A stretch of 63,912 nt of DNA, filler included, from Choristocarpus tenellus KU-1152 (lineage: Eukaryota > Protista > Phaeophyceae): NCBI GenBank assembly GCA_964200185.2. It is 15 parts of 15 records of this genome, joined end to end, with 100 filler letters (N's around TTAATTAATTAA, not from the genome) between each part and the next. Parts side by side here need not be neighbours in the genome. Positions count along the whole stretch, not along the records: positions 46,276 to 50,264 come from CAXNAD020016780.1; positions 50,365 to 57,179 come from CAXNAD020007287.1; positions 57,280 to 60,858 come from CAXNAD020019140.1; positions 60,959 to 63,912 come from CAXNAD020023396.1; 11 more parts are not named here. One strand, 5' to 3'. Position numbers and translations under genes: made by a program. Position 1 is the stretch's first letter, and the number at the start of each line of letters is the position of its first letter. Under the pieces are notes generated by a model that saw only the letters and a list, made by a program, of their open reading frames with translations, was not told where the DNA came from and searched no databases. Positions 50,095-63,810 of this stretch are shown here, piece after piece.

Positions 50095-53000
50095 TTCCCC
50101 TTCTTTCCCAGAGTGAAATGTCTGTGCTGTTAGTTGCCGTTCCTTGCTGCCTTGCACATCGTGAGGAACAAAAAACTCCGGGTCAAAGTATCTGGGGGGG
50201 GTGGGTGGTGGCTGTCCATTTGGAGCCATTTTATTCATGTCTCGATTTTTTTGTGATTTGGTTGNNNNNNNNNNNNNNNNNNNNNNNNNNNNNNNNNNNN
50301 NNNNNNNNTTAATTAATTAANNNNNNNNNNNNNNNNNNNNNNNNNNNNNNNNNNNNNNNNNNNNCGCAATTTTTGGGTGATTTGACTGCATACGTCAGGG
50401 ATGGATAATGTAAGTGCACATTTCCTGGTTTTGGTCAAATGGACAACCTGGTGTAGACCCCCCACCCCCCCCAGATACTTTGGGTCATCGTATCTAAAGT
50501 CTACGTATTCCACACCTAACTCTATTGTTGTAAATATACTACAAATTAATAGTTGCTTTGGAGTGCTGATGTTTTGGATACAAGTATCCTATCTGAGGCT
50601 ATACCACAAGAACGCGGGAGGCCCAAACGAGGCGGTAAGACTTTTCATTGTGGGGGGTCGGTGGGCCCAGTACAACACAAGATTCGAGGGAGGAGGCGGA
50701 CCGACCAACATTGCGGGATGACCTAGCCGAACGCACAAGAAGGAAGCGAGGCAAGAACGGAGGAAATACAATCATTACTAGAATGTCACTCGTAGTTCAA
50801 CAGTTAGTTCTGGTACTTCATTTTAGTACTGGTGAGTATGAGAAGTATTAAAAAAATATTGATTGTGCAGTTGCGTACTGTGTTGGTCTTTCTTACACCC
50901 AAGCGCTCCGTTGCTGGTGTTGTAGGAATGAGGTACTTCCAGATCATTGTAGTGTGAACTACACTAGATTTCCCTTGGCACTATAGCAACATTGTGGTCT
51001 TTTTTGGGCTCTGAATCACAAAAAAACGAATTCGAGTATGTTCATTTAATCACGTAATAGTACAAGATCTCGTTTAAAATTCAGGTCAGTTATTGCCAGT
51101 CATCTGATGCTCTGTGCTTACACTGCAGGATCCAGTTTGATCTTCCTCACATAATGTTGGACGTTTCCTTGTGGATACCTCGTGTTCTCTGCACATACTT
51201 CGACTCTCTATTGAGTTAATATCAGACTGATTCAAGTCAATCAATAAGCCGCCCATTCATCTTTACGATTCACACAATATCTCCTTTAGCACTGTGGTGT
51301 TTTGTGGTTTATATATGTCCAAGTACTTACTCTCGACATATTTATGATTTGGCTGAGCTCTACTATTGTTATACTCAGTTTACTGACACACTAGTTGTTG
51401 CATCATCACATCGTTTATGTAAATTGGGACCATGGTACGACTATGACTTTTCATATTTTTTGTCTATGCTTAATTTATTTAGAGGTTGATCACAAGTGTA
51501 TGTGGCCATGTTCGTCAGGATTACATGGTAGTAGTAGTACTATTTCTTGGGAGGGGGGAAGCGGAAAATTACTTCTTGCTTTGGTGTTAACAATTCCATT
51601 TCATGTGATGGCCTGTCCAGCATTGTTGTTGCGTAAAGACTAATAGCACTATTTTTAGTAGGAGTAGCATATTGAGTGAGCAGAGTTCAACAGGGTGTCG
51701 AACAGCGGCCAAGAGTCAGTGGGAAAATTGACTCCTCAATCAAACATACTTCCTCTGTTGCTCAGGTAGGTACCCTTCCTCTTGATGCGTTTGAAGTATA
51801 TACCTTGCCCTTGACCCATACCTTCCATTCTGGCTATCCTTTTATTTCTTCCTTGTACCTACAGCTAGTATTAGGTGTAGGCACTTTATGGTGGGACTCA
51901 CTCGAGTCTGAAATGAGTCAGGGTGGTGAAGTCAAATTTCCAGTGGTCTCTGTAGGGATAAGTTACTTGGTTCAATGGTTCAAGCCCTCCTCAATATTGC
52001 CATCTCGATCCTGGTCCAGCATTTTTTGTGGGGATATAATGGCAGACAGGACAGTACAGGTGAACAACCCATTGTGGCTGCCACACAGAGACCTGGGATA
52101 ATCAAAAATATTTTTTCATCAAAGGAGTTACGGTGCTGATGGGGTTCAAACCTGCAAAATTCATACAACAAACAGCCTCCTTACCCAATTTAGCCACAAG
52201 GACTTTCACTAGTGCATAACTGCTCTGTAGTGCTACCACCACTTGAAGACTCTTTGCCCTTTTTTTATGCTTCTCACCACATCTTGACCGTTTTAGGTAC
52301 ATACAGTACGACCAATGCTCCCTCATCCAGTCTTGCACCTTTTGTGTAATACAATGTGATGCATCGATCACTTGCACACACTATGAATAATGAAACCCAC
52401 CAAGTAGGAACGACTGTACCGTGTTATTGTTGTGGGAGACTCTTTTTGTTTTTCTTGTAACTTTTTTTTTTTTTGGGGGGGGGAGACAACAACCAACATT
52501 CATTGCAAACAGGAGGTAGAGAAATGAGAAGTGGAATTGCTCGACTCAACTCACAAGACGCAAAGCAGGAATAGAGGCAACACAAGTAGCCATAGAGCAA
52601 CAGTTAGTCAGCATGCAGCTAGTAAGAGAAGAAGTAATGTAATGTGTAGTGCCTCTGACCATGGGTTGGGATCATCCCCAGACCAATGTGAAGTCAATAC
52701 ATTATTGCCGTTACTATAATTACATCAACGTTAACTACTCTTGCTGTAGACAATCACAATAATGTACTTCAAACAAGTGGTAGAAAAAGTACACTCACAC
52801 CCTAAACTCTATTGCTGTTCCTAATTCTGGAAATTGCAAAGAAAATTTAGGGAGTCATAAAAAAAAAGTATGGGGTAGAGGTAGGTAGCCAATAGTGTGC
52901 TTCAATACATAGGCCATATCATCCCTCACCTTTTACTTCTTCTTTTGCTAGTGTATTACTGAGTGTCGAACATGTCTTGAGTGAGTTCAGGAGGAGGAAT

Positions 53001-54309
53001 CAATGATCATATTATGATAAGAAAATGATGACACATGATTGGAAACACATATCAGCTGCTACTAATTCAACAACACAACCAAGCCTGAACAATTCACCCC
53101 CCTCTCTCCCTCCCCATGATCGTATATAAACAAAGAAATGATCCCACCTTTGTCTGTAACTGCCACATATAGAGCACAACACAATTTAAAAAAAAAGTGC
53201 ACGAAAAGATTTCACTTCAGTCACAAGAACAAGACATGCCTTCAGTGGTCTCAAGACTCATCACAAGAACGCCTTCCTGTCTGCACGTACTGCAACAGAC
53301 AGTCTCCTGCACACAATACAAACATTTTATTATTGGAGCTGAATATATATCACCACAGATATTTTGTACAAACAGAAGTTTTTCTTGGTATAAATGAGCA
53401 CAAAGATACATGGAGCTCTATACATGGAATACATACATCTGGTTCAAAGAAGATGAATACATTTGTGTATGTATACAAGAAAGAGAAATGATGGGTTCAT
53501 GGAAAAGGTAATTAATTGTATAAACTTCTACCATTTACAGGGATCAAAATCCTTCTCCTTACGAACGCTGAATCTTAACTATCATTTTCCTATTTGCTGA
53601 AATCTGTGATTCACAGACATGCGACCCTAGAGCACACCTAAAATATCAACATCGACATCCTGGGGTAACTGGCTAGGTAGGTAGGTAGGTAGGTAGGGTA
53701 CTCTTAGTTCCATTGTGATAAAATAAAAAAATTAATACGGTGGTGTAGCATGTAAGAAGACAGACAGTTGTAACCCCAGAGCAACAAAAAATAAGAAACA
53801 AACTGTTGTCAATCGTCCTCACTTCAGGTGTACACTCAAACCATTTTTTTTTGTTTGGTGCACTTTTTAATTTAACTACAGCTGCACCTTTCTCAAATTG
53901 TACTCAAAAGCATGTACAGAATATATTTTTTATATACAACAGTGCACGCAAGACACTGAACCTTTTTTATTTTCATATCAATTATACAAAATATAAAAGA
54001 AGCATTACAACACTTTCAGTAAGGGTGTCATCAACATCCACACCTAATCACATTACACAAACCAACAATCTGTTGGTCCTCCCTCCCCTCAATAGCAATC
54101 ATACCAGCTCCAACCAGACTGTTATCATCATATTATAGTCTGTATGCTCAGTCTACAGTATATATTATAGTCCTGCTCCCCCCTCCAACCCCTCCCCCTA
54201 TTCTGATTTTTATTGTTATACCAAAATATGAACTCCCCAACTAGATAACCTCATTTCTCTCAACACTAGAGGAGGGTTCCTGTGAAGCAGCATCACAGAT
54301 GAAAATCGG

Positions 54310-57126
54310 TCAGTTGCCATCCAGGCAGATAGAGGCCCTACTCAAACCCAATAGAGCAGATGCCTCCACCATCTCCATTGCCTCCCACACAGACACACTT
54401 CCTCTAATAAGACTGTTAGCCCAAGCCCCGAGTCTCCTCAGTACCTCTCCTTCTCTTGCTGCTGTAAGGGAAGCAGCACCCTTCTGTGCTGGTTACACAT
54501 GCTGGACATAGTACCATCACAGCCTATCTCTCTCACTCTCTCTAAGCATATACACGCCTCCATATTGTCTGACGCACCTGTAGTATGAACAGCCACAGTA
54601 AATGGGTTAGATTAAAAAAAACGACTTCTTGCCATGTTATCTTCATGTGTACTTGGACCATTGACCAAGTGTCTACTAGAACAGGAGTGACCTTTGCCTC
54701 CCCCATCCCCTGTCAAGCAGTGAAAATGTAGTGACTGAATGGAGCTATTGGTATTGTATTTTGGTGAATAAAAAGTAAACAGAACAAGAAGGAGGAAGTA
54801 TTGAGGGATACAAGTAGAATAGAAACTGAAGGCGGACTGACTGAAGATGTCTGAGGTCTCAACAATAAAGAGCAATTAATCAATTGGCAACAGACTGATA
54901 GGCTACAAGGTAGACTAGGTAAAGACTGCCCCATGGACAAGTCTAACTCAATCCATTTTGACCAATTGCTTACAATAATAACAACATACACAACCAATCT
55001 TCTGAGCAGTGTTGGGGAATATCATTGTTACTTAACCCGGTCGAAATGGGTCTGAAGGAGGCTCAACATCCGGCAGATTGACCTGAGGTATATTTTTGGT
55101 AGGTGGGAACAGGTAAAGTTGGGGAAGTTGCAGAGAGGAGACTGTGTGCAGGTCAAGGGATGCAAGGGTGCAGATTTCAGATTTGCAAATTGACATCAAA
55201 ACAGGAGACTCTGACTGCCATCTGGTACCTGCTAGCCAGAAGCTCCGTGTAGGTTGGTGTACTCTCTAGAGAATCAATCTTCACTACCAAGCTGCTCCCT
55301 TGATAATGTTGTCAAAATCAAATCCCAATAATAACAATCTACTACACTTAGTACTGTACTTGCTAAGGCCTTGCAGCACTGCTGGCAATGGTACCCACAA
55401 TGACTAATTGCTCTGGCAAACACAAGTACCTCACTGATGCACGTGGACAGATACACATGAATTCCAAAAATGAGGGAAAAGGCATCGTCCAGAGTCAAGG
55501 TCACCTTGTCATGCCCTCGCGACCAGACATGGAGTCGTCCACAGACCTTACCAGGAACTCCACATCCCTCGACATGTTTCTTCAAGAAAGCGGTGGAAGG
55601 GTAAGAGGTGGACAGGGCTCACTCACTTTCCAGTACATCCACTCACAGAACTCCTTCAACTGAAACGCGTATCAGCTGAAGACATTGGCAACAACATGTA
55701 CCACGGCACCAACAGTACAGAACACACTTTATAGGGGGAAACCTATGATACCCCCATCTCTATGTAGAAAGTGAACAGTAGCAAGGCTCCCTCCCAAATG
55801 TCATACCAACCTATGGGCACCAACGACTCAAGTCGAACCTTCAAAATAATTGCTCCTCTTGCATGTTGTACCTGCTTGGCAAGGCAACGTGTTGTATATG
55901 CAGTATGCATTACTATATATATAGTCAATTTGAACAAAATGGAGGATTGGGAGGCTTGCTCACCGACCATCCCTAAAGGCATGCTTCAGCAGTAGCATAC
56001 CCACGGCATCTGCCTTGCACTTCCCCTCCTCCCTCAGCTGAGTCATAGAATGTCATATAAAGTATCACCGCAAGGCGTGTCACAGCATCGTCAGTATGGG
56101 TGCAGTATCACAAGCCAAAGTGAGGCAAAAATGGCCCAATCCAAGATATCCTTGTAAGGACTGTTCAAGACTCTTGGAATGAACACAAGAGTGATTTTTG
56201 AATTGAGAAAAAAGAAGGGGAAATTCACATTAAAACCACACTGCACATGGAACTCTCTCTAGTTTAGTACACCTCAAATAAACAAACCACTCATATATGG
56301 AGACCATGGAAGATACCCTATGCACAACATCCCAAAGACTCCAGCATGTGAATATATACACACGAGGAAGTATACATACACATTATGCATATCCTAGAGA
56401 TTACACACAATTCCCAATCCAACTACTCCAGAGCAACATTGCACCATCCCCATATTGGCACTACTAAAAAAGTACCCAGGGTCCAGGAGGACACTGCTTG
56501 TTGCCCTAAATGAACTTGAAATCCTAATCAAAACCCAAGACATCACCCACTCTTCCAATTCCAAGCTATCTGCATGACATCATTCCTAAAACCTAACCAT
56601 TCTTCCCGCTTTACACAGTAGTGCACTTCAGGACCCTCTCTACCAAGGTTGTATCCATTAATAATATCTACAAAAAATGCAAGTAATCTCCATGTTGATG
56701 GGGAATGAGACACAGTCTTAAGCCCCAGATGAATAGCTTATACACAAGTACAGCCCTGACCCAATAGGATACACTCACCCTGCAATCCAATGTATATACC
56801 CCCTCTACCTTGGCATCACTTGAGTGCACCAGTTCCCACCCGGGAGATGATAGGCCATATGGAGGTGACACTTGGATCAATGATCTCAACAGTCAATGGT
56901 ATCCACCTGCAACCTCTGCACCATCCCAAGCTGGAGCATTCGCCTCATACCATTCCAAACCCTAACCTAGCAGGGGTTGGATGGATTGATCGGGTCCAGG
57001 TTTGGACTTCAGTCGTACCTGGCATAACATCAGTGGGTCTCACTGCCCCTACGCCTGCCCCCACCCCCGCCACTACCACTACCAACAATTTGAGAACCCA
57101 AAATCTACGCCAGGCCCTCCACTGCC
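54310..57126 (-). CDS. Tentative multi-exon gene of unknown function with a hydrophobic segment near its 5' end
   Basis: Phase-compatible candidate exons 57126-57019, 56870-56779, 56037-56005, 55659-55627, a short exon from 55579, and 54461-54310 (stop). The model needs one 47-bp intron and no family was recognised. Confidence 0.3.
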
Positions 57127-58300
57127 CTGCCCAACACCCCCCCTCCTATCCCGCTGGCAATAAACAAAACAAAAGACAANNNNNNNNNNNNNNNNNNNNN
57201 NNNNNNNNNNNNNNNNNNNNNNNTTAATTAATTAANNNNNNNNNNNNNNNNNNNNNNNNNNNNNNNNNNNNNNNNNNNNCCAAATGGACAGTCGCTACCC
57301 CCTCCCAGATACTTTGAGCTTCTAACGTTATCGACTCCATGGCCATCGCTAACGTAACATGACCACGACCACTGCCCAGCCATGTACAACCAAGTTCGAA
57401 CATGGCCGAGTTCATGACCATTGACCGTTTCAACCTGACCAGGCCACGGACCATCCTGCATCCATATAGCCGACAGTGGACATCCTAACTGCCAAGGGCG
57501 ATAAAAAGCCCTGAAAATTCTCAATAATTCAACGAACTTTCTGTACGCATCTATACAAAAAGCAGAATTTTGCACGTTGTCAGCATCCTTAAAGTAATTC
57601 AAACCTGGGTACCTCTCGTTTACTTTGTCTCAAGACAATGTTGGGTGTCTGGGGTGATTTGTGGTTTGTTATCTGTGTGGAAAAAGAGTCTCACATTCAC
57701 ACCCCACTCATCACTTTTCACCCATATGTGAACTGTGAACACCACAAAGTTCAGTGACCACAAACCTGGAAACTGAGAGAACATATGTTGGGCACAGACA
57801 ATTGAGTTGCAATGAGGACAGGGAGGGGTACTGTAAGTAGTGATGGTGCTGGTGATCGAGATAGAGATAGAAACAATCCCAGTGACATTGGTAGTAGCAT
57901 TACCAGTGGCAGTGGCAACGATTACAGTAGTGACACTGGCAGCCATGCATCAAAATGCGCTCGGATCAAGCTAGGTTGACACATCGTCCATTGAGTCAAT
58001 TGTGCAGAGTGTTGAGTTTGACACATCCACTGACGGTACCCTCAGCCAGCCCTTTATGTTTATGAATCGGTGGAGGGTACCCGAGCGTGCTAATAAGCGC
58101 TCTGTTGCAGCAGATGTTATTGGGATTTGAAAGAGATCCAATAGCGAGGTATCCCCAATCTTCCAGTCCTCCAAAATTACGGAAAACACTGAAGGCCTAA
58201 GAGAATAGTGTCAGGTTGTGGTCCGGGCTCAGATCAGGGGAGGTTAGGGAAGAAAGTGAAAAAAAGGAAGAAACACGTGGTGTGTGGTTGACGAAGGTCA

Positions 58301-58479
58301 GGCTCAAATTATCTGTGGGGGGGACGGCGGCTGTTCATTTGGGGTCATTTTTCCATTTCACAATTCTTCGGTGATTTGGTTACATGTGTCGGATGGATAA
58401 CGTAAGTGCACTTTTTCTGGTCAGGTCCCAAATGGACACCCTGATGGAGACCCCCCTCCCCCCCAGGTACTTTAAGGCT
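58301..58479 (+). mobile_element. MITE family B
   Basis: GGCTCAAATTATCTG...CAGGTACTTTAAGGCT with flanks GTCA/ATCA (one mismatch). Confidence 0.75.
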
Positions 58480-58522
58480 ATCAAGGAAAAAGTCATACAC
58501 ATCATCTTCGCTACACACACAG

Positions 58523-58601
58523 AGGAACGAGTTTGACGTATACCAGGAGGAAACCAAGCACTTGAGGGTGACTAAGAATGCCAGAGCTGGAGGTGTTTCA
58601 G
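58523..58601 (+). CDS. Putative internal exon of an unidentified gene
   Basis: CAG|...|GTAAGT-bounded open frame RNEFDVYQEETKHLRVTKNARAGGVS. Further candidate exons lie near 59071 and 59843. Confidence 0.35.
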
Positions 58602-61600
58602 GTAAGTTTCAGATTGACAAAAATTATTGTTTCCTCCTATTTTGTCTATGACTTTGAACTTTGTAAATTTTTCAATTTATAATGTACTGCCTCTCAAGAT
58701 TACTATGATATTTGAACTCCAAAAAATATAAAGTCGATTGAACATTTTATTTATATCTTGTAACATGCAGTAGGTTGTGACTAATAGTTTACATTTCTTG
58801 TTGATGCCCTCTCCACTATAGTTTCTAATGAATGTTTTGATTGTCGCCACCTTTGGACAGGTGATGGGACGCAAGGGATCAGTCGGTTCATGTCTGAACA
58901 TGTCATGTCCGAATCTAGGCGCCATGCCCTTAACCCCATATTTGTCATCAAGACAGTCATTGATTGTGTCAACCAGGGATGACGAGACTTAATGAAGGAT
59001 ATATGATTGATATGGGTGATTTTTCACCATCCTATGCCACTTCACCAATGCACCCAACAACGTTCAACAGCAAGCTTCTCGAGCTGTATGTGGAGGTGCA
59101 CAACAGCGTAGTTCAAAAGTTGCGCTTGCAACATGAAGGGTACTTGTGGTTTGGGTACTCAAGACCTTTTTGTGGGTCTCAACTCTACCTCACCTGTGTT
59201 GCTGCAGTCGATTATTGATTGCACTGGTATTGTGAGTATCGTTACAGGGAACCTTTTCGGACATTGAGCACCTACCCCTGGAAACTGTATCTTCTTTGCT
59301 GGGCACAACACCCATTCAGACATCAAGTTCTGAATTCAGAAGGTTAGTTGAAGATTATCCTGTGTCCTGTCCCATCATCCATTGTATGATTATCTGAGAA
59401 GCTCATATTGGTAACAACTGAAGATATAGTTTCCTATTTTGTGATATGATTAATAAATTATTTTGGTTGTAGTACTAGAGATATAATTTTGGAAATCAAC
59501 CAAGGCAAGTTTTTTTTTCCGTTTTCCTTTGAGTCAGATATATTTTTTTCATTAATACATTTTGCAATTTTAATTATACCTTCATCCTTAATATCTCTGC
59601 TTTTCTCTGTACCACCTCCTGTGTCGGTATTGTATGCAGTTCGGAAGTGATTACCTTAGCAGCTTTATGGGTGAGGAGATACAGTCATGAAGTGTTTTTC
59701 TTCCTGGGTCTGCTGACAAGGGAGCAAATATCCCAAACGCCCTGTGTGATGTATATGTAACTTCATAAACATGTGGTGCGCATAAGCTAAAATTTTGTTA
59801 TGTGGGCACTCAGTATCAACGATACTAAAATTACGTGGCAGGCAGAGAACTAGAAAAGACAGCAAAATAATATCTAGAGGTCTCCACGGCGAGGAGCAGG
59901 TGTTCCTATGGAAACTAGCCAGTCCTCTTGAGCCAGCAACAGATGTCACAGCCCGTATTCAGGGAGGGTGTGATGGCTTCATGAGTAGAATCACTTGTTG
60001 GTTGACCGACCTCACTAACATCTACAGCATTGATACAACCCATCGAGAGTTTTTGCAGCAATAGAGATGATGCTGCTGAGGATGTGCCAGTGGCAAGGCT
60101 CATTGACGTTTGGTTCAGAAGTACATATTTGAGTTTTCCATGTGGATATAACGGCACAAAAGGTTGGTGCGGGAAGCATCGATGAGGAGCGAGTGGCACG
60201 CTTTGATTACCCCCATACTAAACATTGCAGCATAGACCGGTGCGCTAATAAAACTCTTGGTTGAAAAGGAAAACTGTTCCTGAGCTAGATCACAAAGGAT
60301 ACTCTCTTCTAGATGCAGTTGAGGGAGATGGAGGTTTTTCTATCACGTTAGGTAGCAATGAGTTTGATCCTATGTCAATGACACCTGGGTTGTGACTGAG
60401 AGAAATTGTAGAAGGTAGAGCAGCAAGAGATGCAATGCCTACAGCAGAAGGCGAGGAGGAGGTCATCGGAGAATGGAAAGGGTAATCCAAGAATGGCCAT
60501 TCGTTCTAAGGTCCTGAGGCAAGAAATCAACTAGTATCTCGGAGAGGAGGATGCCTTGGGTGGTTAATTGTGTGACTTTTTGATGTACTGGAAAGAGAAA
60601 CAGTGGCAAGGAAAGACGAGAAGGGCAAGGTGCTACATGTCCCTTAAATGCCCCTTCTTGCCATGTTCGCCAGATTGTATAACGGAAGTGATAGCACGAG
60701 TTGTCAATCTGGGAGAGATTTCTCAAGGCTCGCTTTCACACTCACCACCTCATTGTGTAATCTGGATGTGGTATAGGTGAAGAGGCATATATGCTTGCAT
60801 CTTAATAGGCAGCTCGTCAAGGAGATGGCAAGATTAAGGTTCAAAGTATCTGGGGGGGNNNNNNNNNNNNNNNNNNNNNNNNNNNNNNNNNNNNNNNNNN
60901 NNTTAATTAATTAANNNNNNNNNNNNNNNNNNNNNNNNNNNNNNNNNNNNNNNNNNNNGCGTGCAAAATAGGACAATAGTGAGGTGTACCTTATTTTATA
61001 TATATGAGATTATTGTGTTGAATTGAGTCCATGTGATGTCACTAATAAGATAGTACAACCGGATTATGTATAGGATTATGTATAGGTATTTATTTTGTTT
61101 TCAAATACTTGAACATAACCGTTGACTTAGGTAGGAAGCACAAAGAATAATAAAACAAGCAATGAGAAGACACCCCACAAAGGTCATTCTTCTAATTTCA
61201 ACCATGTAATCACGTTCAACAAAGGGGGTCGTGTGAGGCTTTACACCTTCTTATCTTCACTACTAACAAATAGCATTGCCTGCCGAGGTAATTTGCACAG
61301 TAAGCACTCGGGCCACCAAACGGACATGCACCTTCGGTAACAACAGGAAACTGGAAGCGAAGGAAACTGGGGATTTGGTTCTAATGGTGACGGACAATAA
61401 CGGCAAGCCAACAGGAGTGGTTCTGAAGGATGTTCTATGGGGTGGCAGGTCTACCATGCCGCACACCGAGAACTGGAACGATACGATGTAATGGAGGAGG
61501 ATTTATGGATTCAGGAACAAAATAATGTTATCTGAAGACCTCCAAGAATTCGCCCAAGATAAACCTTTGAAAGTCTGGGGGGTTCTTAAATCTAACCACA

Positions 61601-61738
61601 GGAACCATAAACAACGTGGAACAAGAATCAAGAGCCATCGCAGCATGAGACAAAAAAAGCAGAAGCTGACATTGCTGGACTGTCATAACATATTGGGGCA
61701 CATCAGCCCATCAGCTATCAAGTATCTCGAGAAGCGAG

Positions 61739-62508
61739 TGTTAAAACATAGGCTACTCATTTGTTTCTTGTTGACATGATACACAAACTACCAGCTTGTA
61801 CTGACTGTTGATCGGTGCACTGCACTGGTCGTTAGTGTTCATTTATTTATTGCACATTCCAACTCATCATCACATCGATGACAGTATATATATATATGAC
61901 AGTATATACAATATATAGCATAAGTTGATACTCAGTTGATCCACATCACACACAGGAACATCATAGCACACGCCATCCAAGTTACTTCGGAACTTGCATC
62001 AAGTGCATTCCACTGTTACCTTGTGTTCCGTTTTCTATTTTGTTGTTGTCTGCCATCTCTGTTCTTTTTTTTAATATGCATAAGACCCCAGATGCACTGT
62101 AATTGTTTATTATGTTTTTATTGATTGTCATTGTCCCCTCACTGAGCACCTCAAGCTCACTCCGCAATAGTGTCCCTGATGCACCCTTGGATGTAATACA
62201 CAGAGAGTTAAAACCATCTACTGAAACCCTTGTCAGCCAAGGTAACAAGCCTCTTCACAGAGCATGGACTTCTTTCACTGAGTATATCACGAAATAACAC
62301 TGAATTCACATCATATCATATTAACTGAGAGATCAATGACTTCAGTTGCAACAGAACAAATACCTTAGTGCTTTGCTTCACAACCACATCTACTCATACG
62401 ACAGACTACGCATCTACTCATCAGTGCTTTACAACACCATGATTCCTCTTCTCTCGTAGTCTACGCATTATACCTACATGTACAATGCATTCGATTCAGG
62501 TTTCAACA
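61739..62508 (+). mobile_element. Solo LTR, LTR family 1 (770 bp)
   Basis: TGTTAAAAC...GTTTCAACA inverted termini with 5-bp TSD GCGAG/GTGAG. Removing it restores KYLEKR|GLLEITD. Confidence 0.88.
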
Positions 62509-62698
62509 GTGAGGACTGTTGGAGATCACTGATGCTATCGTAGCATTTGAACTGCAATGCAAGACATGCAAGGAATGCAAATCAGAGGCTCTGAGTTACC
62601 AACGGAGAGGGCAGGACCCCCAAGCAGCCTGGCGAGGTCGCACACACGGATTTGGCGGGACCTTTCGAACCAGACATCACTGATCACAAATACTTTCA

Positions 62699-62957
62699 GA
62701 ACCAAAGTTGCTGAGAGGGTAGAGTCGCATCCATTTGGGGGTAAAAATCCAATGTTGCAACTTGATGTAATTTAAACTATCGTATTTGTTAGGAAGTGTC
62801 AATATCTATGTTCCTGACACACCTTTTCACAACGCATACATTTTACCTACTCAGAAAACATTTCGGAGTAGGAAAATGTCATAAAAAAATACATGGGAAG
62901 CCAAGCCCCAAATGGACAAACAGGGCAAATCTCGTACCCTCTAAGATACTTTCACTC
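62699..62957 (+). mobile_element. MITE family A, full-length copy inside the Copia integrase
   Basis: 4-bp TSD TTCA (62695-62698 and 62958-62961). Removing the element and one TSD restores TAC TTT CAG CTG TTT GTC GAT (YFQLFVD). Confidence 0.9.
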
Positions 62958-63810
62958 TTCAGCTGTTTGTCGATGAGAGCAGCCGAGACAAAAAGGCTTA
63001 CATATTGAAAACCAATAGCACAACCGCTGCCTATCTTGACCAGATGACCAGGGAAGGCATACCAGTTCAATGTATCAGTGGGGACGGTGCTGGCGAGCTT
63101 GGGAGGTCGGTAAAGTTTCAAAGGATGCTGGCGAACAACGGTACCAGATGGAGGAAATCCCCTCCAAGAGCACCACAGAGCAACGAGATCGTGGAAAGGG
63201 CGATATGACAACTTATGGGGGCAGCAAGGAGTCAGCCGGCAAAGGCTGGGCTGGACGATGAATACTGGTTCTATGCCATCACGGATGTCGCCTTCAAAAC
63301 TGGAGGCATGCCACATGAGTACCTAGATACCATGTGAGCGTCTAACGGGCAAATCCTTCAAATATTTTAGGCTTCAGGCCTGGGGGAGCAAGTGCTATGC
63401 TCACCAAGAAAAGCAGCAGAGGGGAGCTGGTTCAATTTTTCACCCATACGCCAAGCGGGGTGTCATCATGGAACACGATCGTACGTGACTGTGTTGGTAT
63501 ATCTGGCTTCCTCAAGAAGCCAAGTTGGTGACCTCAGCCTGAGTAACATTCGAGCCAGATGAACACACCAAGGACTTCATGGGGGAGCGAGAGACCATGA
63601 CTTTGACCGGCGACGACGATATCTCCGATAATGATGCACTCCAATGGGGATTTCAATAGTGCAGCCGATCCAATAACGCGAGCAACAGCCGTGAGCAAGA
63701 ACTCGACAAGTTCACCTAGTGGGCAACGGAGGTCAGCCAGGATAGCTGAACAACCTATGGTAGACTACAGGGGTTTACACTCCAGAGATACCGAGGAACT
63801 AGGAGGGAAT

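Larger units (their letters stand above)
61290..63810 (+). mobile_element. Degenerate Ty1/Copia pol (protease end, GAG-pre-integrase, integrase core), Copia family 1
   Basis: CTFGNNRKLEA..GDLVL..LKDVLW; CHNILGHIS..C.TC; HTDLAGPFE..KYFQLFVDE; SGDGAGEL..PRAPQSNEIVERA. Interrupted by a solo LTR and a family A MITE. Confidence 0.9.
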
